DNA of 64,000 bases from Gammaproteobacteria bacterium (GTDB taxonomy: Bacteria; Pseudomonadota; Gammaproteobacteria; GCA-001735895). The notes under the pieces were generated by a model. That model was given only the letters and a program-made list of their open reading frames with translations, did not search any database and was not told the DNA's origin. Each line of letters opens with the position of its first letter. Position 1 is the first letter of the stretch. The position numbers and the translations under genes are program-made. Positions 43,302 to 52,333 of the stretch are shown here, piece after piece. The stretch spans positions 8,462 to 72,461 of the forward strand of contig JALSKD010000183.1 in the NCBI GenBank assembly GCA_026989015.1, written 5' to 3'.

Positions 43302-44585
43302 TCAGGAGGAAATCTGCAGGCAGGCGAGGGTGCCGGGGTTGGCGTTGTCCAGTTCGAGACGCCAGCCCATGCGCTCGCAGATCAGTCGGACGATGTACAG
43401 GCCGAGGCCGTAGCCGGCCCGGCTGCCACGGCTGACACCGCGTTCGAACAGGTCTTCCAGGGCCGTTTCGTCGATGCCCGGACCGCGATCGCGGATGCAC
43501 AGTCGGCCGTCTTCCCAGAGGATGTCCACCGTGCTGCCATTGCTGTGGCGAATGGCGTTGTCGAGCAGGTTGCTGATGACCACCGACAGCAGTTCGCCCG
43601 GTGCCCGCACCCGAACGGAAGCATCCAGGGACCAGTGGATACCGATGCCGTGGCGGTCGATCTCGCGCTGCCGGTACGCCAGTTGCTCCTCGATCAGGGC
43701 GCGCAGGGCCACATCGTCCGCCGTGTCTTCGGGCGGCCGGTCCCGCGTGATGGCCAGCAGGGCGCGGATCATTGCTTCCATGTGGCTGCTGGCGCGCAGG
43801 ATCTGCCGGCTTTGTTGACGCAGGGCGGGCTGGTCGGCGAGGCTGTCGATGAGTTCCGCCGAGGTCTGCACTACGGTCAGTGGACTGCGCAGTTCATGGC
43901 TGGCCATGGCCGCGAAGGCATGCTGGCGTTCCACATATTCGTCCATCTTCTGCTGGTAGCGGTTGAAGGCTCGGGCCATGCGCTCGATCTCCGGGCTTGA
44001 ACTGCCGATGTCGAGGGTGATGCCCCGATCCGAGGGATCGATGCGGTCGATTTGTTCGGCAAAGCGGGCCACCGGTCGGATCAGGTGGCGGATGATCAGC
44101 CAGCTGAGGGCGATGATGGCGATCATCAGTACGATCCAGGAGCCTTGCAGAAAGGCGCCGATTTCCTCTTCGGCGTCTTCGATTTCCTCGCTCTCGCTCT
44201 CGATGATGATGCGGTGTCCGTCGGCATCGGCGACGGTCACGGAGTAACTTCGACCGTCTTGTTCGATTTCGTCCCTGAAGCCCGGTTTCAGCGCCCTCAA
44301 AGGCTCGGGCAGGTTACTGACCGGCGTATCGACCCAGATGCGCAGGCCGGGTACTTCGGGCGGTCGGTAATCGGGGTTGCGTTGCCATTCCGCCTTCAGG
44401 CGCGCCAGCTCTGCCTTGCCGCGTTCACGGGCAATGTCGCTTTCCAGTTCCTCGAATTCGTTTGCGGCAGCCAGCAGCAGCAGCGTGATCAACAGCCCCA
44501 TGCCGACGATCAGTGACAGAAACAGGCGGTAACTGGGCGACAGGCGTTGGGTGGCGGGCGCGTTCCTGACGGCGGATTCAGGCAT
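43302..44585 (-). CDS. two-TM sensor histidine kinase (HAMP-HisKA-HATPase)
   Basis: H-box MASHELRSPLT and G-boxes DRGPGID...GYGLGLYIV. Overlaps the upstream response regulator by 8 nt. Confidence 0.88.
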   Translation of the reverse strand: MPESAVRNAPATQRLSPSYRLFLSLIVGMGLLITLLLLAAANEFEELESDIARERGKAELARLKAEWQRNPDYRPPEVPGLRIWVDTPVSNLPEPLRALKPGFRDEIEQDGRSYSVTVADADGHRIIIESESEEIEDAEEEIGAFLQGSWIVLMIAIIALSWLIIRHLIRPVARFAEQIDRIDPSDRGITLDIGSSSPEIERMARAFNRYQQKMDEYVERQHAFAAMASHELRSPLTVVQTSAELIDSLADQPALRQQSRQILRASSHMEAMIRALLAITRDRPPEDTADDVALRALIEEQLAYRQREIDRHGIGIHWSLDASVRVRAPGELLSVVISNLLDNAIRHSNGSTVDILWEDGRLCIRDRGPGIDETALEDLFERGVSRGSRAGYGLGLYIVRLICERMGWRLELDNANPGTLACLQISS

Positions 44586-45252
44586 CTGGGTCGTGCAATC
44601 GGTAGCCGACGCCGTGACGGGTGTGCAGCAGCGGCTTGTCGAAGGGCTTGTCGATCTTCTGGCGGATGTTGTGGATGTGTACTCGCAGCGGATCGCCTTG
44701 AGGAGGATCGTCGCGCCAGATGCGTTCGATGATCTCCCGTTGAGGAACCACCCGCTGGTGGTTGCGCATCAGCAGTTCGAGAATGCGGAAATCGGTCGGC
44801 TTGAGGTGGATCGGCTGGCCGTCACGCGACAGCTTGTGGGCCTGCGGGTCCAGCTCAAGGTCGGCGACCCGCAGCACTTCGGACGGACTGTCGATGCCGC
44901 GCCGCGCCAGTGCCTGAATGCGGGCATCCAGCTCCAGCAGCGAGAAGGGCTTGACCAGGTAGTCATCGGCGCCGGCCTCGAAACCTTCGAGCGTGTCGTC
45001 GAGGGTGTCGCGGGCGGTCAGCATCAGCACCCGCTGGGCCGGTTTTCTCGCCTTCAGCTGCTGGCACAGCTGGATTCCGTCGAGTCCGGGCAACATCAGG
45101 TCGAGGATGACGATATCGAAATTCTGGTCGAGCGCCAGCTCCAGGCCGTGACGGCCGTTGTAGGCAAAGTCGACCGTATGGCCCTTGTTTTCGAAATACA
45201 GCCCGATGTTGGCGGCGATATCGGCGTGATCTTCAACGACGAGCAGATTCAT
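44578..45252 (-). CDS. OmpR/PhoB-family response regulator
   Basis: Receiver MNLLVVEDH...ILDLMLPGLDG and a winged-helix C-terminus LRVHIHNIRQKID...GVGYRL. Confidence 0.92.
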   Translation of the reverse strand: MNLLVVEDHADIAANIGLYFENKGHTVDFAYNGRHGLELALDQNFDIVILDLMLPGLDGIQLCQQLKARKPAQRVLMLTARDTLDDTLEGFEAGADDYLVKPFSLLELDARIQALARRGIDSPSEVLRVADLELDPQAHKLSRDGQPIHLKPTDFRILELLMRNHQRVVPQREIIERIWRDDPPQGDPLRVHIHNIRQKIDKPFDKPLLHTRHGVGYRLHDPDA

Positions 45253-45326
45253 GCCGCCATTCTAGCCGATTTCTGTAAACGGGCCGTTACCGGCGGTGAC
45301 TGCGGCACACGGGTTGGGGCATGGCT

Positions 45327-46484
45327 TCAGCCGTTGGGATTGTGGCACAGCACCGCGCTGTTGGTTTCGCCTTCCACCGCCATGCGGTCGAGCTGGTCGA
45401 GCACATCGGTGCTGGCCTGCTCCATCTTCGCCAACTCGCGCAACACGGCTTCGGTATCCCCGGCGGCATGCGCCTGCAGCGCGGCGTGGCCGGCGCGGTG
45501 GACCTCGATGTGGGGCGCTTCCACCTCGCGGTAGCCGCTCAGGCGCGAGAAGCAGTCCTTGCCGTCGCCCTCGTAATACCATTTGCCCAGGCGGCAGTCG
45601 GTGTGCCCGGCGAAATCGTCGATGGCCTTGTCCGAATGGCCCATCAGCACCCGGTAGATCTCGAACTTGTAGACCAGGTGGTCGATCTTGGCCAGTTCCA
45701 CGAAGCCGCGCAAGGCACTGGCGGCGATCGCGCCCTCGGTGCGTTTCGACAGATCGGCCGCGCCGAGGATGCTTTCGCTGGCCTTGCCGCCGACCTCGGC
45801 CAGTCTGCGGGACTGATCGGCCATCTCCGACATCTTGTCGGTGGTCTCCTTGGTGCCGGACTGGATCTGCTGCACCTCGTTGGTGATCTCCTCGGTGGCT
45901 TCCTGGGTGCGGCTGGAGAGGCCGCGCACCTCGTCGGCGACCACCGCGAAACCGCGCCCGTGTTCGCCGGCGCGGGCGGCTTCGATGGCGGCATTGAGGG
46001 CCAGCAGATTGGTCTGTTCCGAGATGCCCTTGATCAGCGTGACCACCTGATCGATGGCCGCCACGCGGTCGTTGAGCTGTTCGACATTGCTCACCGTCTG
46101 CTGAATGGTATCCACCACGCCATTGAGGCTGCTCACCAGTTGGCGGGTTCCCTGGTTGGCCTGGATCGATACATCGGCGGCTTCGATGGCGGTGTTCTTC
46201 TCCTGTTGCAGGAAGGTCGACAGCTTGGAAAAGGATTGCTGCATCTGCAGCAGGCTGGTGCCGAAGGCGTCGAAATTCTCGAACAGGCCGTCCTTCAGCC
46301 GGTTGCTCTGGCGCAGGCCGGCGATCTGCTGCTCGCAGTCCGCCAGTTGTTCATCGCGCTGGCGCAGCTGCTGTTGCAGCTGTTGAACCTGTTGCGCGAG
46401 TGTTTCGTTTTCCCTTTGTACAGCCTCCATCCGGTTCTTGTTCTTGAGAAAATCCAACATGTTACGGAGCCTTTTGTCTGTCAT
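45327..46484 (-). CDS. soluble methyl-accepting chemotaxis protein with C-terminal CZB (chemoreceptor zinc-binding) domain
   Basis: No TM segments. Signalling hairpin [35 protein letters not shown] motifs [11 protein letters not shown] and HIEVH. Neither ATG 46484 nor 46460 has a strong RBS; 46460 follows an AAAGG. Confidence 0.85.
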   Translation of the reverse strand: MTDKRLRNMLDFLKNKNRMEAVQRENETLAQQVQQLQQQLRQRDEQLADCEQQIAGLRQSNRLKDGLFENFDAFGTSLLQMQQSFSKLSTFLQQEKNTAIEAADVSIQANQGTRQLVSSLNGVVDTIQQTVSNVEQLNDRVAAIDQVVTLIKGISEQTNLLALNAAIEAARAGEHGRGFAVVADEVRGLSSRTQEATEEITNEVQQIQSGTKETTDKMSEMADQSRRLAEVGGKASESILGAADLSKRTEGAIAASALRGFVELAKIDHLVYKFEIYRVLMGHSDKAIDDFAGHTDCRLGKWYYEGDGKDCFSRLSGYREVEAPHIEVHRAGHAALQAHAAGDTEAVLRELAKMEQASTDVLDQLDRMAVEGETNSAVLCHNPNG

Positions 46485-46503
46485 TCATGAAAGCAGGTAG
46501 CGT

Positions 46504-46788
46504 TATTAACCCGGCAGGCATCTCCATCGTGTTCAGCCCGCTCGCGCTTGTTCGCGGCAAGGCATCGGTGCGCCGCTGCAGTCATTCTGCAGCAAGTGCC
46601 GATAACGCCGTCCGCGAGCGAGCGCGTGCGGGCCTCGCTCTTTTGTTTCAACAGGTTAGGGGCTTCAAGAATGAACCGGCTCGGTGTTGCGGCGCTTGCC
46701 AAGGGAACGACCCTTGCCTGCGCACCGCGCCTTGATCCGGACCATTCTTGAAGCCCTGAACACGATGGAGATGCTTGCCGGGTTAATA
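46504..46788. repeat. 285-bp TA-flanked inverted-repeat element (MITE-like and/or structured RNA leader)
   Basis: 33-bp arms at 46504-46536 and 46756-46788 are complementary at 32/33 positions (G/T at 46517/46775), and each begins TA-TTAACCCGG. A second stem pairs 46660-46679 with 46737-46756 (14 bp, a 2x2 loop, then 4 bp). Internal hairpins lie at 46561-46609 (around CTGCAG-TCATT-CTGCAG), 46616-46640 followed by TTTTGTTT, and 46692-46723. Confidence 0.6.
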
Positions 46789-46790
46789 GT

Positions 46791-46817
46791 GTAACGGCTT
46801 GCGCGGTAATTTCTTGA
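46791..46817 (-). promoter_or_regulatory. sigma-28-type promoter reading toward the CZB chemoreceptor, abutting the inverted-repeat element
   Basis: The minus strand reads TCAAGAAA-N11-GCCGTTAC. The -10 matches consensus 6/8, and the TCAAG -35 start and GCCGTTA -10 match the fliC promoter of this window (TCAAGTTT-N11-GCCGTTAA). Confidence 0.5.
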
Positions 46818-46857
46818 ACTATTTTTTCATAGCCGGTAGGACGCAGGCATCATCGGC

Positions 46858-46886
46858 TCGGCCTGACCGATGGGGCAGGGTATAAT
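46858..46886 (+). promoter_or_regulatory. candidate sigma-70 promoter of ispF
   Basis: Perfect TATAAT at 46881-46886 with a weak -35 (TCGGCC) at 17-bp spacing. GGAGG RBS 5 nt before the ispF ATG. Confidence 0.4.
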
Positions 46887-46915
46887 GCCCGCCGCTAGAG
46901 TTCACGGAGGGCGCG

Positions 46916-47407
46916 ATGCCTCCTTCTTTCCGTATCGGTCACGGCTTCGATGTACATGCCTTCTGCCCCGGCGACGCGCTGGTGTTGGGCGGTGTGCGGA
47001 TCCCCTTCGATCGCGCCTTTGCCGCCCATTCCGATGGCGATGTGCTGATCCATGCGCTGGTCGATGCCCTGCTGGGGGCTCTTGCCGAAGGCGACATCGG
47101 GCAACTGTTTCCGGACAGTGATGAGCGGCACCGCAACCGCGACAGCCGCGAATTTCTGCGTGAGGCGGCGTCCCTGATGCGCCACCGGGGGTATCGGCTG
47201 GGCAATGCCGATGTCACGATCATCGCCCAGGCGCCGAAGATGGCGTCTCATCTGCCGGCGATGCGTGCCCACCTGGCCGAGGATCTGGCCTGTGAAACCG
47301 CCCGCATCAGCGTCAAGGCCACCACCACCGAGGGGCTGGGCTTCACCGGCCGTGGCGAGGGCATCGCGGTGCAGGCCGTGGTGCTGCTGGAGGTGTCCGG
47401 TGACTGA
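46916..47407 (+). CDS. ispF: 2-C-methyl-D-erythritol 2,4-cyclodiphosphate synthase
   Basis: [11 protein letters not shown]...[11 protein letters not shown]...[10 protein letters not shown]...[18 protein letters not shown]. Confidence 0.95.
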   Translation: MPPSFRIGHGFDVHAFCPGDALVLGGVRIPFDRAFAAHSDGDVLIHALVDALLGALAEGDIGQLFPDSDERHRNRDSREFLREAASLMRHRGYRLGNADVTIIAQAPKMASHLPAMRAHLAEDLACETARISVKATTTEGLGFTGRGEGIAVQAVVLLEVSGD

Positions 47408-48497
47408 ACCCCTGCAACGGCCGCTGGGTCCGGTGATGGTTGACCTCGAAGGTACCGAACTCGGCGATGAGGAGCGGCGCCGACTGCTGCATCCCCAGTG
47501 CGGAGGGGTCATCCTGTTCGCCCGCAACTATGCCTCGCCGCAGCAACTGAAGGCGCTGGTCGACGCCATCCACGGTCTGCGCCATCCGCGGCTGATCGTG
47601 GCGGTGGATCAGGAGGGCGGCCGCGTGCAGCGCTTCCGCGAAGGCTTTCAGGCGCTGCCGCCGCTGGGCAAGCTGGGCGACCTGTACGACCACAATGCCA
47701 GTGATGCCCTCGATCTGGCGGAGACCCTGGGTTGGCTGATGGCGGCCGAACTGCGACAGTACGGCGTCGACATCAGCTTTGCGCCGGTGCTGGATCTGGG
47801 ACACCCCAACAGCAGCGTCATCGGAGACCGGGCCTTTCACCGCAGTCCCGACGCGATCGCCCGTCTGGGCAATGCCTGGATACGCGGCATGAGCCGCGCC
47901 GGCATGGAAGCGGTGGGCAAGCACTTTCCCGGTCATGGCTCGGTGCGCGGGGATTCGCACCACGAACTGCCCTTCGATCGCCGCAGCCTCGCGACCCTCG
48001 AACAGCATGATCTGGTGCCCTTCCGCCGCGTCATCCAGACCCATCTGGCCGGCATCATGATGGCCCATGTCATCTACGAACGGGTCGATCCGCTGCCCGC
48101 GGGGTATTCGAAGATCTGGATCGATCGCATCCTGCGCGGTCAACTGGGTTTCCAGGGCGCGGTATTCAGCGATGACCTCAGCATGAGCGGCGCGCACTCG
48201 GTGGGCGGTTATCCCGAGCGGGCGCGCGCCGCGCTGGATGCCGGTTGCGACATGCTGCTGGTATGCAACAATCCCGATGGCGCCGAAACGGTGCTGGAAT
48301 CGCTGGGCGATTACCTCGACCCGGTGGCCCAGCTGCGTCTGGTGCGCATGCACGGCCGCCCCGGACGGTTGCCGGACGACCTGTTTCAGAGTGCGGAATG
48401 GCTTCGGGCCGTGCAGCGTCTGGAGGCATTCCGCACGGCGATCGAAGGCGCCGACAGCGCCGACCTGTTCGACCCAACCACGGAGAAGCTGCAATGA
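47400..48497 (+). CDS. nagZ: beta-N-acetylhexosaminidase NagZ
   Basis: GTG 47400 (an alternative ATG is at 47436) inside track ORF 47205..48497. [12 protein letters not shown]...[10 protein letters not shown]...[10 protein letters not shown]...[14 protein letters not shown]. Confidence 0.9.
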   Translation: MTEPLQRPLGPVMVDLEGTELGDEERRRLLHPQCGGVILFARNYASPQQLKALVDAIHGLRHPRLIVAVDQEGGRVQRFREGFQALPPLGKLGDLYDHNASDALDLAETLGWLMAAELRQYGVDISFAPVLDLGHPNSSVIGDRAFHRSPDAIARLGNAWIRGMSRAGMEAVGKHFPGHGSVRGDSHHELPFDRRSLATLEQHDLVPFRRVIQTHLAGIMMAHVIYERVDPLPAGYSKIWIDRILRGQLGFQGAVFSDDLSMSGAHSVGGYPERARAALDAGCDMLLVCNNPDGAETVLESLGDYLDPVAQLRLVRMHGRPGRLPDDLFQSAEWLRAVQRLEAFRTAIEGADSADLFDPTTEKLQ

Positions 48498-49594
48498 ATG
48501 AAGTGCTCGCCTGGGCACAGAACATCCTGCCGCGCTGGCCCTGGGTCGGCTCGGTGTTCCTGGTGGTGCTGGCCACCGTGGTGGCCAATTTCATTGCCCG
48601 GCGGCTGCTGGTGCGGCTGGCGCGTCGCCTGGGGCAGACCCGGACCCACTGGGACGATGTGTTGATCGAGGCCGCGCGGCGGCCTCTGGGCTGGGCGATC
48701 TGGATCGTCGGCATCGGCTATGCCGCGGATGTGGTGCGCGATGCCACCGATGCCGCGCTGTTCGTCGGTGTCGATACCCTGCGCGAGATCGGGGTGCTGT
48801 TGATGCTGGTGTGGTTCGTGCTGCGCTTCATCCGCGGCGCGGAGCAGGAGATCATCGCCAGTGGCGGCGCCGGTGCGCTGGACCGCCATACCGCCGAGGC
48901 CATCGGCAAGCTGCTGCGGCTTTCCGTCATCATCACCGCGGTGCTGGTGGTCCTGCAGACGCTGGGCTACAGCATCACCGGGGTGCTGGCCTTCGGCGGC
49001 GTCGGCGGCATCGCCATCGGATTCGCCGCCAAGGATCTGCTGGCCAACTTCTTCGGCGCAATGATCATCTACCTCGACCGGCCGTTCCAGGTCGGTGACT
49101 GGATTCGCTCGCCGGACAAGCAGCTGGAGGGCACGGTGGAGAAGATCGGCTGGCGGGTGACGGTGATCCGCACCTTCGACAAGCGGCCGCTGTATGTGCC
49201 CAATGCGGTGTTCACCAGCATCATCGTCGAAAATCCGTCGCGCATGACCAACCGCCGCATCTACGAGACCATCGGCATCCGCTACGACGACATTTCGGTG
49301 ATGGACGATATCGTCGAAGCGGTCAAGGCCATGCTGCGCGAGGACCCCGAAATCGATACCTCTCAAACAATGATCGTCAACTTCAACAAGTTCAGCGACA
49401 GTTCGGTGGATTTCTTCGTCTATACCTTCACCCACACCACCAACTGGGTGCATTTCCACGAGGTCAAGCAATCGGTGCTGCTCAAGATCGCCGATATCAT
49501 CCGCGACCATGGCGCCGAGATTGCCTTCCCGACCACCACGGTGCTGCTGCAGCAGCTGGATGACGGCCCTGATGCCGCAGGAGCAGAAACATGA
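48494..49594 (+). CDS. MscS-family mechanosensitive channel
   Basis: ATG 48494 (ATGA overlap with nagZ). TM helices then DRPFQVGDWI...GTVEKIGWRVTVIRTFD. Confidence 0.85.
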   Translation: MNEVLAWAQNILPRWPWVGSVFLVVLATVVANFIARRLLVRLARRLGQTRTHWDDVLIEAARRPLGWAIWIVGIGYAADVVRDATDAALFVGVDTLREIGVLLMLVWFVLRFIRGAEQEIIASGGAGALDRHTAEAIGKLLRLSVIITAVLVVLQTLGYSITGVLAFGGVGGIAIGFAAKDLLANFFGAMIIYLDRPFQVGDWIRSPDKQLEGTVEKIGWRVTVIRTFDKRPLYVPNAVFTSIIVENPSRMTNRRIYETIGIRYDDISVMDDIVEAVKAMLREDPEIDTSQTMIVNFNKFSDSSVDFFVYTFTHTTNWVHFHEVKQSVLLKIADIIRDHGAEIAFPTTTVLLQQLDDGPDAAGAET

Positions 49595-50154
49595 ACATCG
49601 AACAGGCGCTGACACTGCACCGCGAATCGGCGGAGCGGATCTTCGATCAGGCCGAGGTCGATGCGGCCATTGCCGCCCTGGCCGCCCGCATCGCCCCGCG
49701 CTATGAAAACCGTTTTCCGGTAGTGCTGTGCGTCATGAACGGCGGTCTCTACATGACCGCGCAACTGATGCGCCACTGGGCCTTCCCGATGACCGTGGAC
49801 TATGTGCACGCCACCCGCTATCGGCTCGCCACCCTGGGCCGGGACGTCTTGTGGAAGGCCTACCCGCAAACCCCGTTGAAGGACCGTTTCGTCATCATCG
49901 TCGACGACATTTTCGACCAGGGCTATACCCTCAAGGAAGTCCGCGCCTGGTGCCTGAAACAGGGCGCCAGCGGCTGCGAAAGCGTGTTTCTGATCCGCAA
50001 ACAGCACCAGCGCCCCCGCGCCGATATCGAGGCCGACCATGTGGCCCTGCAATGCGACGACCGCTATGTGTACGGCTCGGGCATGGACTTCCACAGCCAT
50101 TTTCGCAACCTCCCCGGCGTGTTTGCCTTGCCGCCGGAACTATCGGGACGCTGA
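49591..50154 (+). CDS. hpt: hypoxanthine-guanine phosphoribosyltransferase-like PRTase
   Basis: PRPP-binding loop FVIIVDDIFDQGYTL. Confidence 0.8.
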   Translation: MNIEQALTLHRESAERIFDQAEVDAAIAALAARIAPRYENRFPVVLCVMNGGLYMTAQLMRHWAFPMTVDYVHATRYRLATLGRDVLWKAYPQTPLKDRFVIIVDDIFDQGYTLKEVRAWCLKQGASGCESVFLIRKQHQRPRADIEADHVALQCDDRYVYGSGMDFHSHFRNLPGVFALPPELSGR

Positions 50155-50155
50155 C

Positions 50156-50899
50156 ATGAACGCAAAAACCGCCATCATCGGGGGCACCGGCCTCTATGCC
50201 ATGCTGGGCAATTTCGAGACCACCGGACGCGAGATCGTCAACACGCCCTACGGTGAACCCTCGTCGCCGCTGGTGCATGTGGAAACGCCAAACGGCGAGG
50301 CGCTGTTCATCGCCCGCCACGGGTTCACCCACCGTCTGCCGCCGCACAGCATCAACTATCGCGCCAACATCTGGGCGCTGAAGAACGCCGGCGCCGGCCG
50401 CATACTCGCCGTCAACGCCGTCGGCTCGATGCGTGACGATTGTCCACCGGCCGCGCTGGCATTGCCGGAGCAACTGATCGACTACAGCTGGGGCCGCGCC
50501 CACAGCTTTTTCTGCGACGACCAGCAGCCGGTGGTCCATGTGGACTTCACCCGCCCTTACAGCGACGGCCTGCGAAAAACACTGGCCGAAGCAGGGGAAG
50601 CCTGCGGCATTTCCCTGATACAAGACGCTGTCTATGGCTGCACCCAAGGTCCACGGCTGGAAACGGCCGCCGAAATCCGCCGGCTGATGCGCGACGGCTG
50701 CGACCTGGTGGGCATGACCGGCATGCCCGAGGCCGCTCTGGCCCGCGAGCTGGAGATGGACTATGCCTCCATTGCCGTGGTCGCCAACTGGGCCGCCGGC
50801 TACCGCAGCGGCGAGATCACCATGGAGCAGATCCAGACCCATTTGCAGCAGGGCATGTCGCGAGTGGAAACGCTGCTGACCGAATTTCTGAACCGATAG
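50156..50899 (+). CDS. MTA/MTI (S-methyl-5'-thioadenosine or -thioinosine) phosphorylase family protein
   Basis: ATG 50156 inside track ORF 50039..50899. AIIGGTGLY...FIARHGFTHRLPPHSINYRANIWALK...VGMTGMPEA. Confidence 0.85.
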   Translation: MNAKTAIIGGTGLYAMLGNFETTGREIVNTPYGEPSSPLVHVETPNGEALFIARHGFTHRLPPHSINYRANIWALKNAGAGRILAVNAVGSMRDDCPPAALALPEQLIDYSWGRAHSFFCDDQQPVVHVDFTRPYSDGLRKTLAEAGEACGISLIQDAVYGCTQGPRLETAAEIRRLMRDGCDLVGMTGMPEAALARELEMDYASIAVVANWAAGYRSGEITMEQIQTHLQQGMSRVETLLTEFLNR

Positions 50900-50908
50900 A
50901 ACGATACG

Positions 50909-51658
50909 ATGTTGAACGCACTGATCTTCGATGTGGACGGCACCCTGGCCGACACCGAACGCGACGGCCACCGCGTGGCCTTCAATCTGGCCTTCGAGGA
51001 GGCGGGCCTCGACTGGCACTGGGACGAGGCCACCTACGGCGAATTGCTGGCCGTCACCGGCGGCAAGGAACGCATGAAGCACTTTCTGGAAACCCGTGAA
51101 CGGCCGGAACGCCACGACCCGGACATCGATGAACGGATCCGCGCGCTGCACGCGCAAAAGACCCGACATTATGTGGAACTGATGCGTCAGTCACGGGTGC
51201 CGCTGCGCCCTGGCGTACAACGCCTGCTGCAGGAAGCCCGCGATGCCGGGCTGCGTCTTGCCATCGCCACCACCACCACGCCGGAGAATGTCACCGCCTT
51301 GCTCTCCAACACCCTTGGCCCTGACAGCCTCGACTGGTTCGAGGTGATCGGCGCTGGCGATATCGTGCCGAAGAAAAAGCCGGGGCCGGATATCTATGAC
51401 CATGTTCTGCAGCGGATGAACCTGACATCGGATCAGTGTCTGGCCTTCGAGGATTCCCGCAACGGCATCCTCTCGGCGCAGGGCGCGGGCCTGAAGACGC
51501 TGATCACCTACAATGGCTACACCGCCGACGACGATTTCTCCGGCGCGGCGCTGGTCATCGATCATCTCGGCGATCCGGACAACCCGTCCAGGGAACTGCA
51601 GCGCCAGCACGGCCGTGATTTCGTCGATATCGATCTGCTGCGGGAGCTGCACGGGTGA
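50909..51658 (+). CDS. HAD-superfamily hydrolase, CbbY-like
   Basis: FDVDGTLADTE (DxDxT) and a CbbY-type cap region. Confidence 0.8.
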   Translation: MLNALIFDVDGTLADTERDGHRVAFNLAFEEAGLDWHWDEATYGELLAVTGGKERMKHFLETRERPERHDPDIDERIRALHAQKTRHYVELMRQSRVPLRPGVQRLLQEARDAGLRLAIATTTTPENVTALLSNTLGPDSLDWFEVIGAGDIVPKKKPGPDIYDHVLQRMNLTSDQCLAFEDSRNGILSAQGAGLKTLITYNGYTADDDFSGAALVIDHLGDPDNPSRELQRQHGRDFVDIDLLRELHG

Positions 51659-52227
51659 GCCGCATCCCGCAGAATTTCTGCAGCGCCTGCGGCGAGCCGC
51701 TGGTGCACCGCGTGCCCGAGGGCGACAACCGCGAACGGGCGGTCTGCGACCATTGCGGCATCGTCCACTACCGCAACCCCAACAATGTCTGCGGCGCCAT
51801 CCTCGAATGGGAAGGCCGGATCCTACTCTGCAAGCGCGCCATCGAACCGCGCCACGGCCTGTGGACCCTGCCCGCCGGCTTCATGGAGAACGGCGAAACC
51901 GTGGCCGAGGCCGCGGCCCGCGAATCGATGGAGGAGGCCAATGCCCGGACCCGCGATCTGAAGCTGTTCGGCGTGTTCAGCCTGCCGCACATCTCCCAGG
52001 TGTACATCATGTTCCGTGGCCAGCTGGCGTCGCCGGAGGTGGCACCGGGAATCGAAAGCCTGGAAACTGCGCTGGTCGAGCCGAAGGACATTCCCTGGCA
52101 GGAACTGGCCTTCCCGGTGGTGCGTCAGTCCCTCAAACTGCATCTGGAAAACCCCGAATTCGACGGCGTCCACAACGCCACCGCCATCCGCCACGAAGAC
52201 GGTCGCATCGAGTGGCTGCCACGCTGA
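51655..52227 (+). CDS. NUDIX hydrolase with N-terminal zinc ribbon
   Basis: CSACG...CDHCG zinc ribbon. Nudix box GFMENGETVAEAAARESMEEA. Confidence 0.85.
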   Translation: MSRIPQNFCSACGEPLVHRVPEGDNRERAVCDHCGIVHYRNPNNVCGAILEWEGRILLCKRAIEPRHGLWTLPAGFMENGETVAEAAARESMEEANARTRDLKLFGVFSLPHISQVYIMFRGQLASPEVAPGIESLETALVEPKDIPWQELAFPVVRQSLKLHLENPEFDGVHNATAIRHEDGRIEWLPR

Positions 52228-52333
52228 TCCGGCACCCCTGACTGCGACCGATTGACGCGCGACAATCGGTCACTTCCTCGCTGCCTGCGCATCACTACAC
52301 TGGCCCCGATTTCAAGCTGATTCGGAGTCTGAA

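Noticed and set aside
46487-46751. Track ORFs inside the inverted-repeat element (46487..46735+, 46548..46751+, 46481..46702-) considered as possible small proteins.
   Set aside because: They have no RBS, their composition is like frame noise, and they run straight through paired stems. The region is better explained as non-coding structure.
46504-46788. The inverted-repeat element considered as a retron msr/msd, an integron attC site (TATTAAC...GTTAATA resembles RYYYAAC...GTTRRRY), a 6S RNA or an Rsm-type sRNA.
   Set aside because: There is no reverse transcriptase or integrase anywhere nearby. At 285 bp it is far longer than attC sites. The genomic context is wrong for ssrS. There are too few exposed GGA motifs for RsmY/Z. 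None of these can be strictly excluded without a covariance-model search.
52246-52271. The inverted repeat GACCGATTG-N8-CAATCGGTC upstream of the TonB receptor considered as a Fur box.
   Set aside because: It bears little resemblance to GATAATGATAATCATTATC. It may simply be the NUDIX gene's terminator stem or another operator.
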